A stretch of DNA of 64,000 nt from Eledone cirrhosa (lineage: Eukaryota), in NCBI GenBank assembly GCA_964016885.1, contig OZ024742.1:107818001-107882000 (forward strand), given 5' to 3'. A program made the position numbers and the translations under genes. Positions 23,131 through 33,890 of the stretch are shown piece by piece. Under the pieces are notes generated by a model. The model was not told where the DNA came from and did not search any database. It saw only the letters and a program-made list of their open reading frames with translations. How positions within the stretch are numbered: position 1 is the stretch's first letter; each line of letters starts with the position of its first letter.

Positions 23131-23189
<59 letters not shown>
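19648..23189 (+). mobile_element. R4/Dong-clade RLE non-LTR retrotransposon, copy A (slightly 5'-truncated)
   Basis: Single long ORF, short 3'UTR, flanked on both sides by (TAA)n, which is the established target of Dong elements. Lacks the 5' leader and first codons seen in copy B. Confidence 0.92.
19655..23047 (+). CDS. Dong/R4 polyprotein: Myb-like N-terminus, RT, CCHC knuckle, restriction-like endonuclease, 1130 aa
   Basis: RTNWTKELN..GYRRRMHNIW; KSPGPDG, NYRPITCL, DYRKAFD, QGDSLSP, FMDD; CRIC..ETVAHIVSEC, RHD; RPDLVV..IVDVACPFD..EKINRY (PD-D/E-K type). Confidence 0.95.
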   Translation: METRTSCDRLSPNRCPLAQQQEPDCQPNTADVGGRRRRKGARTNWTKELNRTVMQCYLKSNPKERGYRRRMHNIWNEIGLFKLDEQKLAGQARVIRTNGWISELELEELSRENGLEMVGVVCQTSEPVGNEGEEVLRTEEPPEADNDLNTEINNTWNRDTATEEMNADGLGQDSVDILNLVVDELNNGSGRPMNLRFVDRKKLKETTAKVNKVIPYLEARSLHQCNNILKATANTVRKLLGIKARGNNRQERAEPWWKKRLSGQIGEMRNDIGKLESLLNGTLKNIGTKNRLEIKYKTRRKKLNIIIEELKQRIVAKSAKIRRYENRVSQYKQNRMFDNNQKMLFGQLEGKERGNDLIPGAEQTKTFWRGIWEQDVRHNTQAGWIETVQREIGEQAQQQTDLSITVETLKGQAKKLTNWKSPGPDGVQGYWIKHLTSLHPKLTAMFNDCLVSGEVPEWLTKGTTVLIMKDRIKGNDVTNYRPITCLSVMWKLLTSIMSEEIYHHLHTNNLLPDEQKGCRKKSRGTKDQLLIDKMVMGNCRRRHTDLAMGWIDYRKAFDMVPHSWITKSLEIFRVADNIRQLLGRSMGSWETELTSTGVSLGNVKIKRGIFQGDSLSPLLFVLALMPLTIMLRKVRAGYKLGRGELTINHLLFMDDLKLFGKSEKELDVLVDTVRIFSSDICMQFGIGKCGVIVMKRGRLSRSNGIQIPTGEMIKEIDSEEGYKYLGVLEADGIKNKKMKELLRTEYIRRVRSVLKSHLNSRNAISAVNSRAVSIIRYSAGILRWNVAEQKEMDRKTRKLLTIYNMFHKRSDVDRLYLRRSEGGRGLISIEYCVQMEKNNLYKYVTYSKEPMLRTVLKEGTVGQGMSKEEITSRRKSSLKGKSLHSTFFEKTEFRDPQTWNWLRRGDLKKATEGMLMAAQKQALKTKWLKHHIYKEEASPLCRICGEREETVAHIVSECKHLAQTHYKGWRHDVMGRGIHWHLCKVNNLPHSEKWYEHRPEAVMENNQVKVLWDFRIQTDKKLEHNRPDLVVVDKEKRSCLIVDVACPFDTRVQEKEREKINRYQDLKWEVKRIWNCHEVKVIPIVIGALGTISKSFQGWLKKIGPFTLFGTLQKACLLGTARTLRYVLNI

Positions 23190-23423
23190 GTTTTGAACAC
23201 AACAACCCCTACTTCCCTTAGCAGCAGCAGCAACAGCAACACTAGTAACCGATGTTACTGGCCTTGTAAAACGAAAAACGCAAAGGAGAAAAACAAACAA
23301 AAAAGGGAGAGTGAAAAAGGAAAGAAAAGCTAAGTCAGATATTCAAACATTACAATGAAACTTGTGTTTTTTTGTTCTTTTTTAGGTTTTTATCTATTTG
23401 TTTGTTTGTTTATTTATGTTCGT

Positions 23424-25002
23424 CTACAGCGTGACGGTGCCACGCTAAAATCACTGGGGGTGATGAAATCACCTGTAGTTATGTAACCATACATTCACCA
23501 ATCCTTATATGAGTGCTTAAATGTCGAACCTAAACAGTTCGAATAACGGTGAAGTGGAGACTGGAATGTCATGTGACAGACTCTCACCCAGCAGGTGGTC
23601 CCTGGCCCAGCAGCAGGGACCTGGCTGTCATCCAAATACTGCTGGTGTTGGAGGAAGAGGAAGAAGGAAAGGGACCAGAACCAACTGGACGAAAGAAATG
23701 AATAGAGCTGTTATGCAATGTTACCTGAAGAGTAACCCCAAGGAAAAAGGCTATAGGAAACGGATGCATAAAATCTGGAACGAGATTGGTCTATTTAAAT
23801 TAGATGAACAAAAATTGGCCGGGCAGGCTCGGGTAATAAGAACTAATGGGTGAAAAAGCGAGCTGGAACTGGAGGAACTGAGCAGAGAGATTAGGTTGGA
23901 AATGGAGAGTGAAATATGCCAGGCAAACGAGCCAGTGGGAAATGAAGGTGAAGAGGTTGAGAGAACGGAGGAACCATCCGAAGCAGACAATGATCTGAAT
24001 GCTGAAATAAATAATACCTGGAACAAAGATACGGCCATTGAGGAAATGAATGCTGACGGGCTAGGACAAGATTTGGTTGATATCCTAAACTTAGTGGTAG
24101 ATGAAATGAACAATGATAGTGGGAAACCTATGAACCTAAGATTTGTAGACAGGAAAAAGTTAAAAGAAACAACAGCTAAGGTAAACAAAGTCCTCCCATA
24201 CCTTGGGGCGAGGAGCCTTCACCAGTGCAACAATATCCTCAAAGCAACAACAAATGCGGTGAGGAAATTACTTGGCATAAAAGCGAGAGGAAACAACAAA
24301 CAAGAAAGATCAGAACCTTGGTGGAAGAAACGACTGAATGGTCAAATCAGGGAAATGAGAAATGACATTGGAAAGCTTGAGTCCCTACTGAATGGGACTC
24401 TAAAAACATAGACACTAAAAATAGACTGGAAATAAAGTACAACACTAGGAGGAAAAAGCTAAATATTATCATAGAGGAACTGAAGCAACGCATTGTAGCA
24501 AAGAGTGCAACAATTAGGCGATACGAGAGCAGAGTCAGTCAGTATAGACAGAACAGCATGTTTGACAACAACCAGCAGATGTTGTTTGGACAGCTTGAAG
24601 GGAAAGAAAAAGGCAACGACTTGATCCTTGAGGCGGAACAAACTAAGACATTCTGGAGAGGAATATGGGAGCAGGATGTTAAACATAATGACCAGGCAGT
24701 GTGGATTGAAACAGTACAAAAGGAGATTAGTGAACAGGCACACCAACAAACTGATTTGAGTATCACAGATGAAACTCTTAAGGGGCAGGCCAAAAAACTA
24801 ATCAACTGGAAATCACCAGGCCCAGATGGTTAAAGAAAATTGGCCCCGCCCCGCTTTTTGGAACACTTCAAAAGGCAAGATTGCTGGGAACAGCAAGAAC
24901 CCTCCGATACGTCCTGAATATCTGAGGCTGCCGGTAGTGGCTTGATATTCATTTCAACAAACTTTCCAGTTAACCAACATCAATGACTGAGACTCAAAGA
25001 AC

Positions 25003-25038
<36 letters not shown>
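23424..25038 (+). mobile_element. Dong copy B: retains the ORF start (ATG 23521), has nonsense mutations and a 2020-bp internal deletion; 5' boundary uncertain (23190-23424)
   Basis: Colinear with copy A to KSPGPDG, then jumps at GATGGT (24825-24830) to the last codons. Stops at 23851 and 24409; same 3'UTR and (AAT)n tail. Confidence 0.9.
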
Positions 25039-25040
<2 letters not shown>

Positions 25041-25897
25041 TTTCTTTATTAACCACAAGGGTTTACATAAAGTAGACATTAAGGGCAGTGCAGGACAATA
25101 CAGGACGGTACAAATGGGCGTGTAAAAAACAAAAGCAGAGGATGTAACAAAAAAATAACAATGAAAAATTCCCCAATAGGGGGGAGACTTCGGAGGGACA
25201 TTTGTGGAGAAAGCCCATTAAAAGGCCACAGTGACCCTGACCACCAAGGCAAGTGCCCTCTCCCAGTTTTCCACCTTTAATTTACAGACACATACTCAGA
25301 GTAGGCCCATTCACTCGGGCCATTCATGCTTCTCTCACCCATCTTTCAACAAAATGCTGGGAAGAGAACACTTCCCTCTCTACCCGGATTTTCCTTTTCA
25401 AATGAAATTTAAAAAAGTCAATCAGAGCATCACCGAAGAGGTAAGTGCTCGTCTTCAACCCTTTCAAACGTGTCCACCATACTATCTCTTTCGCCATGGC
25501 CACCAGACAGATAAAAACTGCCTGCCCTCCCGGCTAAAGGAAGAGGGCGGGCAATCCTCACGATGGACTCAGATGATAGCTGGATCCGTCCTACACGCGA
25601 CAGCAGGTGTTCGACATAAACCCACAAGTCAGCAATTTTCGGACACTGGACGAGTGCGTGCAGGACGGTTTCGTCGCCCTGCGCGCATCTCGGACATGCC
25701 TGGCTGACGGCACCTCCATGCGTTCTATAGAGGATTAGTGGAGGGGAAGAGCGACGACGTACTTGGGGAAACTCTAGGCGTCGACGAAAATCAACTAGCC
25801 AATCTCTTCGGAAGAACTTTTGGGCCCGGGCCTATGGACAACTTCCAGAAATCTCTGGCCTGGCAGTGCTACCGAGGAGCCTTGCCAGTTCGGGATA

Positions 25898-25899
<2 letters not shown>
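25039..25899 (-). mobile_element. Tx1 copy 4, 5'-truncated with a 5' inversion
   Basis: 25039-25721 is the reverse complement of copy 2 from ~10019 to the 3' end; 25720-25899 matches copy 2 9831-10010 in the opposite orientation. Confidence 0.92.
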
Positions 25900-25939
<40 letters not shown>

Positions 25940-25940
<1 letters not shown>

Positions 25941-26315
25941 CTTTCTTTATTAACCACAAGGGTTTACATAAAGTAGACATTAAGGACAGTACAGGACAAT
26001 ACAGAACGGTACAAATGGGCATTTCTGCGTGTAAAAAAAAACAGAGGATGTAATAAAAAAATAACAACGAAAAATTCCCAAATAGGAGGGAGACTTCCGA
26101 GGGACATTTGTGGAGAAAGCCCATTAAAAGGCCACAGTGACCCTGACCACCAGGGCAAGTGCCCTCTCCCAGTTTTCAACCTTCAATTTACAGACACATA
26201 CTCAGAGTAGGCCCATTCACTCGGGCCATACTTGCTTCTCTCACCCATCTTTCAACAAAATGCTGGGGAGAGAGCACTCCCCTCTCTACCCTGATTTTCC
26301 TTTTCAAATGAAATT
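25940..26315 (-). mobile_element. Tx1 copy 5, 3' fragment
   Basis: Reverse complement of the 3'UTR plus the last ~43 ORF2 codons, between TAA tracts. Confidence 0.9.
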
Positions 26316-26338
26316 ATAATGATAATATTAATAATAAT

Positions 26339-26423
26339 GGTTCCTTTATTAACCACGAGGGTTGACATAAAGTATAACATTAAGGACAGCACTGGACAGC
26401 ACAGGACGTTACAAATGGGCATC
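26339..26423 (-). mobile_element. Tx1 copy 6, ~85-bp diverged 3' tip
   Basis: CTTTATTAACCACGAGGGTTGACATAAAGTA..CAAATGGGCAT matches the Tx1 3'UTR end; preceded by a decayed TAA tract. Confidence 0.8.
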
Positions 26424-26459
26424 AATACAATGACATGGACAGTGGGGTTTTACAATAAG

Positions 26460-27133
26460 CTCTGTAGGTTCTGTGGAGAGAGAGAGGGGACTGTGGCTCA
26501 CATCATATTCGAATATAAACACCTAGCCTTACTATAAAGGATGGAAGCACGATATAATAGGAAAGGTGATTCACTGGTATTTATGCAAACAAAATAATTT
26601 ACCACATTCTGAGAAGTGGTATGAGCATAAGCCAGAGTCGGTGATAGAAAACGATCGAGTGAAGGTGCTATGGGATTTCAGAATACAGACAGACAAGAAA
26701 TTAGAACACAATAGGTCTGACCTGGTGGTTTTTGATAAGGAAAAAAGATCGTGCCTGATTGTAGATGTAGCCTGCCCATTTGACACGAGAGTGCAAGAAA
26801 AGGAGAAGGAGAAAATTAACCGATACCAGGACTTAAAGTGGGAATTAAAAAAGATTTGGGACTGTCATGAGATCAAAGTCGTCCTGATTGTCGTAGGAGC
26901 ATTAGGTACTATCTCGAAAAGTTTTCAAGGATGGTTAAAGAACATTAGTCCAGCCATATTTTTTGGAACACTTTAAAAGGCATGTTTGCAGGAATCAGCA
27001 AGAACCCACCGATCCGTCTTGAATATCTGAGGCTCATGTTTTCATTGAACAAACTTTCCAGTTATATAACATCAATGACTGAGACTCCAAGAAAATAATA
27101 AGAAGAATGATTATAATAATAAGAATGATTATT
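26460..27133 (+). mobile_element. Dong copy C, older 3' fragment (CCHC + RLE + 3'UTR)
   Basis: LCRFCGEREGTVAH, KVLWDFRIQTDKKLEHNRSDLVV, IVDVACPFD; Dong 3'UTR and decayed (AAT)n tail. Confidence 0.9.
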
Positions 27134-27575
27134 AGCCAACCATGCAGGGCGGTACAGGGTGGTACAGGGCGGTGGATTTTAGTGTGTAAGAAGTTTTTAA
27201 TATAAACAAAAAAAAACATGTAAAAATTCGAACAAACTAAATTCCCCAATAGGGCGACTTCCGAGAGCCACTCACGGAGAAAGCCCACAAAAAACCGCAG
27301 CTACCCTGATCTATAGGGCAAGTGCCCTCTCCCAGTTGCCCTCCAATCTACAGGTCTATTCACTCAGGGCATGCTCGCTTCCCTCACTCACCTTTCAACA
27401 AACTGATTGGAAGGCAGCACTTCCCTCTCCACCCTGAGTTTTCTCTTCAAGTGAAACCTGAAAAATTAATCAGAGCTTCGCCCAAGAAGAAAGTGCTTGT
27501 CTTCAACCATTTCAGACATGTCTACCACCGACCTCTTTCATCACGGCTACCAGACATAAAAACTGCCTGTTCTTC
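27134..27575 (-). mobile_element. Tx1 copy 7, older diverged 3' fragment
   Basis: ATTCCCCAATAGGG, GCAAGTGCCCTCTCCCAGTT, GTCTTCAACC and ATAAAAACTGCCTG match the reverse complement of the Tx1 ORF2 end and 3'UTR. Confidence 0.8.
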
Positions 27576-28544
27576 GCGGCAGACACTTTTCCTACTATAT
27601 TAAGCGTTAGACTAATATATTTCTTCATTTTACCGTTGTTTGCTTTGTTGATTCTGTTTACTCTTTGCATTCATATATAAGAAAGGACACAGATTGGAAA
27701 GACCTCCCGTTTGTACCTAGAATATATGGTGAAAGAAAAGAGATGGTATTGCATGTGATCTCGGTATACGCATTGAAACTACTATAATATCTACAAACCA
27801 AATACCACTGAATCTATTCTACATGCTTATGTACCCGCTTATTACTTCCATATCCGCTTCAACATCTACCTATGCTGTGTCATAAAACAATGCATTTTTT
27901 AGTTTTCTACTAAAGCTTTCTCTGCCAATAATTCTGTCTCTGGGGCTCACATCCCGTTTACACTTCCCTAAGACATAAAAGATAAGATTTCAAACAGTAT
28001 TAACATTATTAACCGTACTAAATATCATTGTGCTTTAATCTACAAGTGAATGGAATGACTATAGGTTGTATTCAACCTTCTCCCGATTGGCCTTTAAAAA
28101 CTAATTACAAATTCACTGCAATTTTCACCCAGTCTTCGATGCCAACAGTGTTTTCAGAAACATATATAATACTAACACATTTTACAGCATCGATACAAGA
28201 TACAGAATTGATTTTCGCAGTATATAACTCACGATTGTCTAAACTAGCAAAGCATTTGAATACATCCCTTACTACCAACTCGTAAACAGCATTTTAAATA
28301 CCTCATTAAGAAGCAATACAAAACATTAACTGCCAAACTACGTCTTAGGATACCATGCCTACTTTGAATACAGCAAAGTAGCAGAAAATCTCTTATTTGC
28401 CCAAACAAAGCACTGCTAGCTACCGTCTTCTAACACACTTTCATCACATTCTATACTTAGTAAACACCATGCTATGCTCGCAGAATATATATACAGGCGT
28501 ATATATATTACATCCACCAATGTTTTCCTACACATATAGGTTAG

Positions 28545-29020
28545 ATATCATCGTTATCATCATCACCATCGGGATCATGATCATCGTCATTGTAGTCGTC
28601 ATCATCATCATCATCATCATAAATTTAACTCCAGTTTACCAATCTAGCAATGATTGGACGAGTCGTTAGAGACCATGTCAGTACTTAATCGGAGCCACTG
28701 ATCTCTCAGGTGGGCTAGGTTCGCATCTTGCTTACATAGACTCCTGAATTTTATCGTGGTACCAACACTAGTGAGGTCACTATGTGTCTGTGGGTTTTTG
28801 TGTGTCAGTCCGTGTCACATTGATGTGACCTCCGATAGTATGATCTTGCAACAAATCCTACACCAGTCTGTTTTCCCCTGCCAGAATGTGCACAGGGCTG
28901 AACAACCACACCGAACCAAGAACACAATTTCCCTTTCAGCTGGGCCTTCTTGTTCTATATTTATTTCGTCAGTGACCAGCGAACCTGCAATAGATGTGGG
29001 AGCCCACTTCATAAATGTTT
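28545..29020 (-). mobile_element. Probable RTE-type LINE 3' fragment with (GAT)n tail
   Basis: GC-richer block ending in a decayed (CAT)n run; no intact motif, assignment by general resemblance. Confidence 0.35.
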
Positions 29021-29316
29021 GATATTGAAGTGAAATTACGGGAAAAATATATTACATATTACCAACAAGTCTGAATGACGAATCAGAAGCGACAACAATC
29101 TATTGTGTTCAAATTAACAATTAACTATGAAAACTGTATCTATTCAGATAGCAATCTTATCTATTAAATTATCTATGCGTAATGAGATATATAAGAATAA
29201 ATGCATACATATATGCATATCAATACATACATAGCCGCAAACAAGGATAAACACAGATACATACGTGTGCGTGTATGAATGTTTGTGTGTGTGTATATGT
29301 GTGTATGTGTGTGTGT

Positions 29317-29357
<41 letters not shown>

Positions 29358-30115
29358 TGTGTGTTAATGTGTGTGTGTGGGTGAATGTATCTATCTACGC
29401 GTGCGTGATAACGTTTGTGAATATATGTGCATGATGTATGTATTATGTCTAGTATTTAGAGTATGAAACACTCGAAATCGGTATTTAGTACATTACATTA
29501 CGACAGCCATTATTTCCTCGTCTTCATTATTCCTACATGAATGTATTTTCTATTGAACCTGTTTGATGTGTAAAAGCATTCCATTTGACGCAGTCGCAAT
29601 TTACGTCTACGATTCCATTATTATTCTATTTTCTACATAATTTTTTATGTCATGTTTATAAATCTACATAATAAGATTAATTGCTCCGAGGATAGATGAC
29701 TAATGTCTGAATATGAACAGCCTATGTACATTAGTAACGTATGATAGTGAAATCGGTGGGGAGATATCAAGATATCAAATATCTAAAGACATAATATCCA
29801 CTAATAGCGACTATCCAAATTTGTTTATCCACCACTAAAAGCACACATTTCCGGTTAGTATTCAAAGATAATGTTTCCTCTCATTCGTTTTAATAACCAA
29901 AAGCATGCTCAATTTTAGGCAATATCAACTGGTATTAGATCCAGAATCTAAGCATGAAAAACATTCAAAATATATTTTTTTCAATAGACTAGATTGAGAG
30001 CCATTACACAGCTATTTTAAATTACACGCATCGTTTAGTCACGAATCATTAATCATTCTGTTTAATTTGGGCAAGTGTCTTGTACTACATCCTCGTATAG
30101 ACCAATGTCTTGTGA

Positions 30116-30174
<59 letters not shown>

Positions 30175-30320
30175 ACGCGACCTTCCACAAAGATTCCATC
30201 TGCCGACTTCTACTCACAAGACATTGGTCTACACGAGGATATATATATATATATATATACACATATATACGCATACATATATATTTATACATACATTCAT
30301 ACATACATTATATATATATA

Positions 30321-30601
30321 AAACAAAGAAAGTATAGTAAGAAACCAGGTGGACCATAACGCATCAGAGTACTCGATACTTAGGGTAGTAGAGTGGGTTA
30401 TAGGAAAAGAGTCAAGACCCCGACGGCTGAGCTCCGGCCGTTTCGACAGCTAGATCCGAACTGTTCGGATCTAGCTGTCGAAACGGCTTGAGCTCTACCG
30501 TCGGGGTTAACATTTTTCCTATTACCCACTCTACTACTCTAAGTATTGAGTACTCTGGTGTGTTATGCTCCATCTGGTTCCTTACCACACCTCCTTCGTT
30601 A
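30321..30601. repeat. Fold-back palindrome (~140-bp arms, centre 30462) within (TA)n; same family at 36933-37095, 47120-47280, 61881-62054
   Basis: ...CCGTTTCGACAGCTAGATCCGAAC-T-GTTCGGATCTAGCTGTCGAAACGG..., with arms complementary out to the TA flanks with scattered mismatches. Confidence 0.9.
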
Positions 30602-30740
30602 TATATATATATGAATGTATGTATAGTATATTTGGCAATATACAGTATGTTTAATTAAAAACATCTAGAAGACCATACACTATCAGTTTTAAAGTAGTGA
30701 CTATGTTACTTACTTCTTTTCGGCGGAAGAAGGGAGAGAA

Positions 30741-30780
30741 ACTGACAGTCTGTTTTACGCTGGTTGGCGTTCATCAGAGC
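30741..30780 (-). ncRNA. Degenerate type I hammerhead motif (GAAA core mutated)
   Basis: GCT-CTGATGA-ACGC/GCGT-AAAAC-AG A CT-GTC-AGT; the conserved G of GAAA is absent. Confidence 0.45.
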
Positions 30781-30921
30781 CACGTACTCCCCTGCTTCCG
30801 CAGAAAATTATAGAAGCTGGATTCTTATAGAATTCCAGTAATAATCAGGAGCTGAATATACAGAGCAATTGCCGGTCCAGTAAAAATTAGGTATTAGGAT
30901 TGTCGCTCTGAAATAGCGAGG

Positions 30922-31366
<445 letters not shown>

Positions 31367-31940
31367 TAACAGATTAAAGTTTAAGCAAAGAATCATCGCT
31401 GCTTTCACCCTTAACGGGATCTTCTGATACTAAAAAATCAATCTGTGAACGCAGAAGTAAATATTTGCTCTAGGGTTCTTACATATTTGATATATATTTC
31501 TCCTTATCGAGCCCTCTTTGGATTTTAGTCTTCACATTTATTATTATTACTATATATGTATGTGTGTGTGTCTGAATGTATGTGCTTGTATTTGTTTCTG
31601 TGCTTTCGTTAGTGCCCCCCCCCCTGCCCTAACAAAGATTGTTAAAATAATACCACATTTAAAAAAATAAGTACTGGAGTCAATATGATGGGTTATACCA
31701 GCATGTCTGTTGTCTAATGACAGAGACTAACAAAAGAGTAAAAGTGTAAGTCTACTCTAATTAAACAGAATTATCTTTAAGGTTAACTTTGCCTTTCATC
31801 CTTACGGGATCCATAAAATAAAGTACCAGTAATACACTGGGTAATTGCTGGCCTTGTGCCTAACGTAGAAACAATTATCTTTAGACATATTCGAAGTTAT
31901 CATAATTCGGCTTGTTTTTGTTTTTATTTCACATTTTTCC

Positions 31941-32130
31941 AAGACAGGAGACCCAGGGGTAGACCCCGAGCAAGATGGGTGGATAACATCCGTCAGCTTG
32001 GCTAGTCTCGCTTAGGGATCCAACCGGATCAGTTGGAGACGGTTGCTTCTGACAGGATCCACTGGAAGGAGTGTTTGAGGACTCTGCCCCCCCCGACCCT
32101 CTCAAGAATAAGTGGGCGAAGAAAAAGAAA
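31941..32130 (+). mobile_element. RTE-clade LINE 3' tip
   Basis: Translates RRPRGRPRARWVDNI..ASDRIHWK, the typical RTE C-terminal motif. Confidence 0.7.
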
Positions 32131-32499
32131 GCTTTCCAAGACTCATATTAAAAATACACATACCCACGTCTCCTTGTTAAATAGGGTTTGAAGAAGATGT
32201 GGCTGCTATTTCTGACAGGTTGGACAAAATATTTAGATACAGCAGACAGAATGCTGGAACATGTTTCGATTTCTCAGTTTAATGAATTCTAATCAATTAC
32301 TAATTGGTGTCTTTAATAATTAATTTCATAAATGTTAGACAATCATATTCTAATTAGTAAAATCGATACCTTACAACAAAACCAATATTTTACCATTATC
32401 TATTAAGAATGTACAGAGTTGTAGTAATTTCACTGGTTGGCACTGGATGGTCTTTTGCGGAGTACCCGTGTGTTTCAGTGTTTATTCAATATGCCACTC

Positions 32500-32796
32500 A
32501 GCGAACTGATGGCGCGCAATATATGCCCATTCATGCTGAGCATCTAGCCTTCCTCAGTTCGAAGACCGACCTGCGTGGCGAAAATCCACATCATAGATGA
32601 GGTGCCTCTGATATGACTCTCATAGGAAAGTCTAGCAGAACAGATCGGATCTAGAGGAGTTAACCGCGATAAAATCCTGCTTGTCTCATAGTAAGCAGTA
32701 GCTCATACCGACGACCATCAGTCAAATTAGATAACTTCGGGGGCGTGAACACCAATGACTTTGAAGAAGAAGAAGAAGAAGAAGAAGAAGAAGAAG
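32500..32796 (+). mobile_element. Probable RTE LINE 3' fragment with (GAA)n tail
   Basis: EDRPAWR-like remnant (GAAGACCGACCTGCGTGGCG) followed by a UTR ending in (GAA)n. Confidence 0.5.
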
Positions 32797-33890
32797 ACAG
32801 TAGCTATTTTCATGGTGTAAGCCAGCTAACTACACCCTGTCCGTTCCAATGACCAATGTTCCAGTCTAGCCTTTTGAACATCCTGCCAGTGAAAGTAACG
32901 TAAAAGTGTCTGAGCATTCTACAAAAACTTATACCCTTGACGAAAATCTTTCGCAGAGTGTGGCAAGCAGGCTGGCCCTTGAATTACAGGTAAAATTCAT
33001 TTTTTCCAGTTTAGCGTAATGAAGCAATGTGAAATAAAGTGTCTTGTAGCTGGGAATCGAACTCATGGCCTACGATCATGAGCCGAACACATTAAACACC
33101 GAAACATGTCACGTCACAGTTTAACATAACAAGATATAAACCACAGTTTCAGGTATGTAAATGTCAGCTATAAAGCCGCTTACTAACTTTAAATGGTATC
33201 ATGATCACAATGTTTCACTCTATAAAATGGTTTGGATATTTATGTCAATAACAAAAAATCGAGTTAAACTATCATACATAGCAATGCCGTATTCTACTTC
33301 CATTAGTAGGACTTGTACACTTTTGTTATTCCCTGTGAGCTTTAATAACTAAACGAATGCAAAAGAAAATATCGATAGAGATCCTTTGAAAGAAACACCG
33401 ACAAGATAAGGGGAAAATTTGTTAGTTTGCTTTGGTGCAACTGTTTGCACAGCCGCCCGTTGAAGTTGTTAATTTATAACTAGCTTAACGTTTCTAAAAA
33501 TACGATTATATATATGTATATACATATATATGGGGAGGGTCATATTTGTGTAATATTGCCAGAATCAATAACAGAACACACTCACTCATTGTTTGGTTGG
33601 TTTTCGCTTTTCGCTTCGGTATCTTATATTGGTTAGCCTCAAGCAACGCACAAGGGATGGTGAGGTAGTATGTCTACCCACGGATAAGTCTCGTAGGATG
33701 TCAATATAGCATGCCGAACTACATCAAGGCTATGCAACCCCACACCACCAACACGAGCGAAATTGCACAGCAAATACATGATGGGAGAGAGAAAATCCTC
33801 AACGCTCACATGATGATGTGAACCGACATCCTAAAGCCAAGCAGACGCACTGCCAACAACTTCCAGGCGTCTAACAATGGCATAGCACCC

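Noticed and set aside
23428-23478. Pistol or hammerhead ribozyme assignment for the Dong leader
   Set aside because: Pseudoknot and A-rich linker resemble pistol but P2 is missing; no CUGANGA box. Kept only as an unassigned structure.
27800-28400. Decayed GIY-YIG/PLE remnant (NYKFT-like)
   Set aside because: Too degraded to support a call without a profile search.
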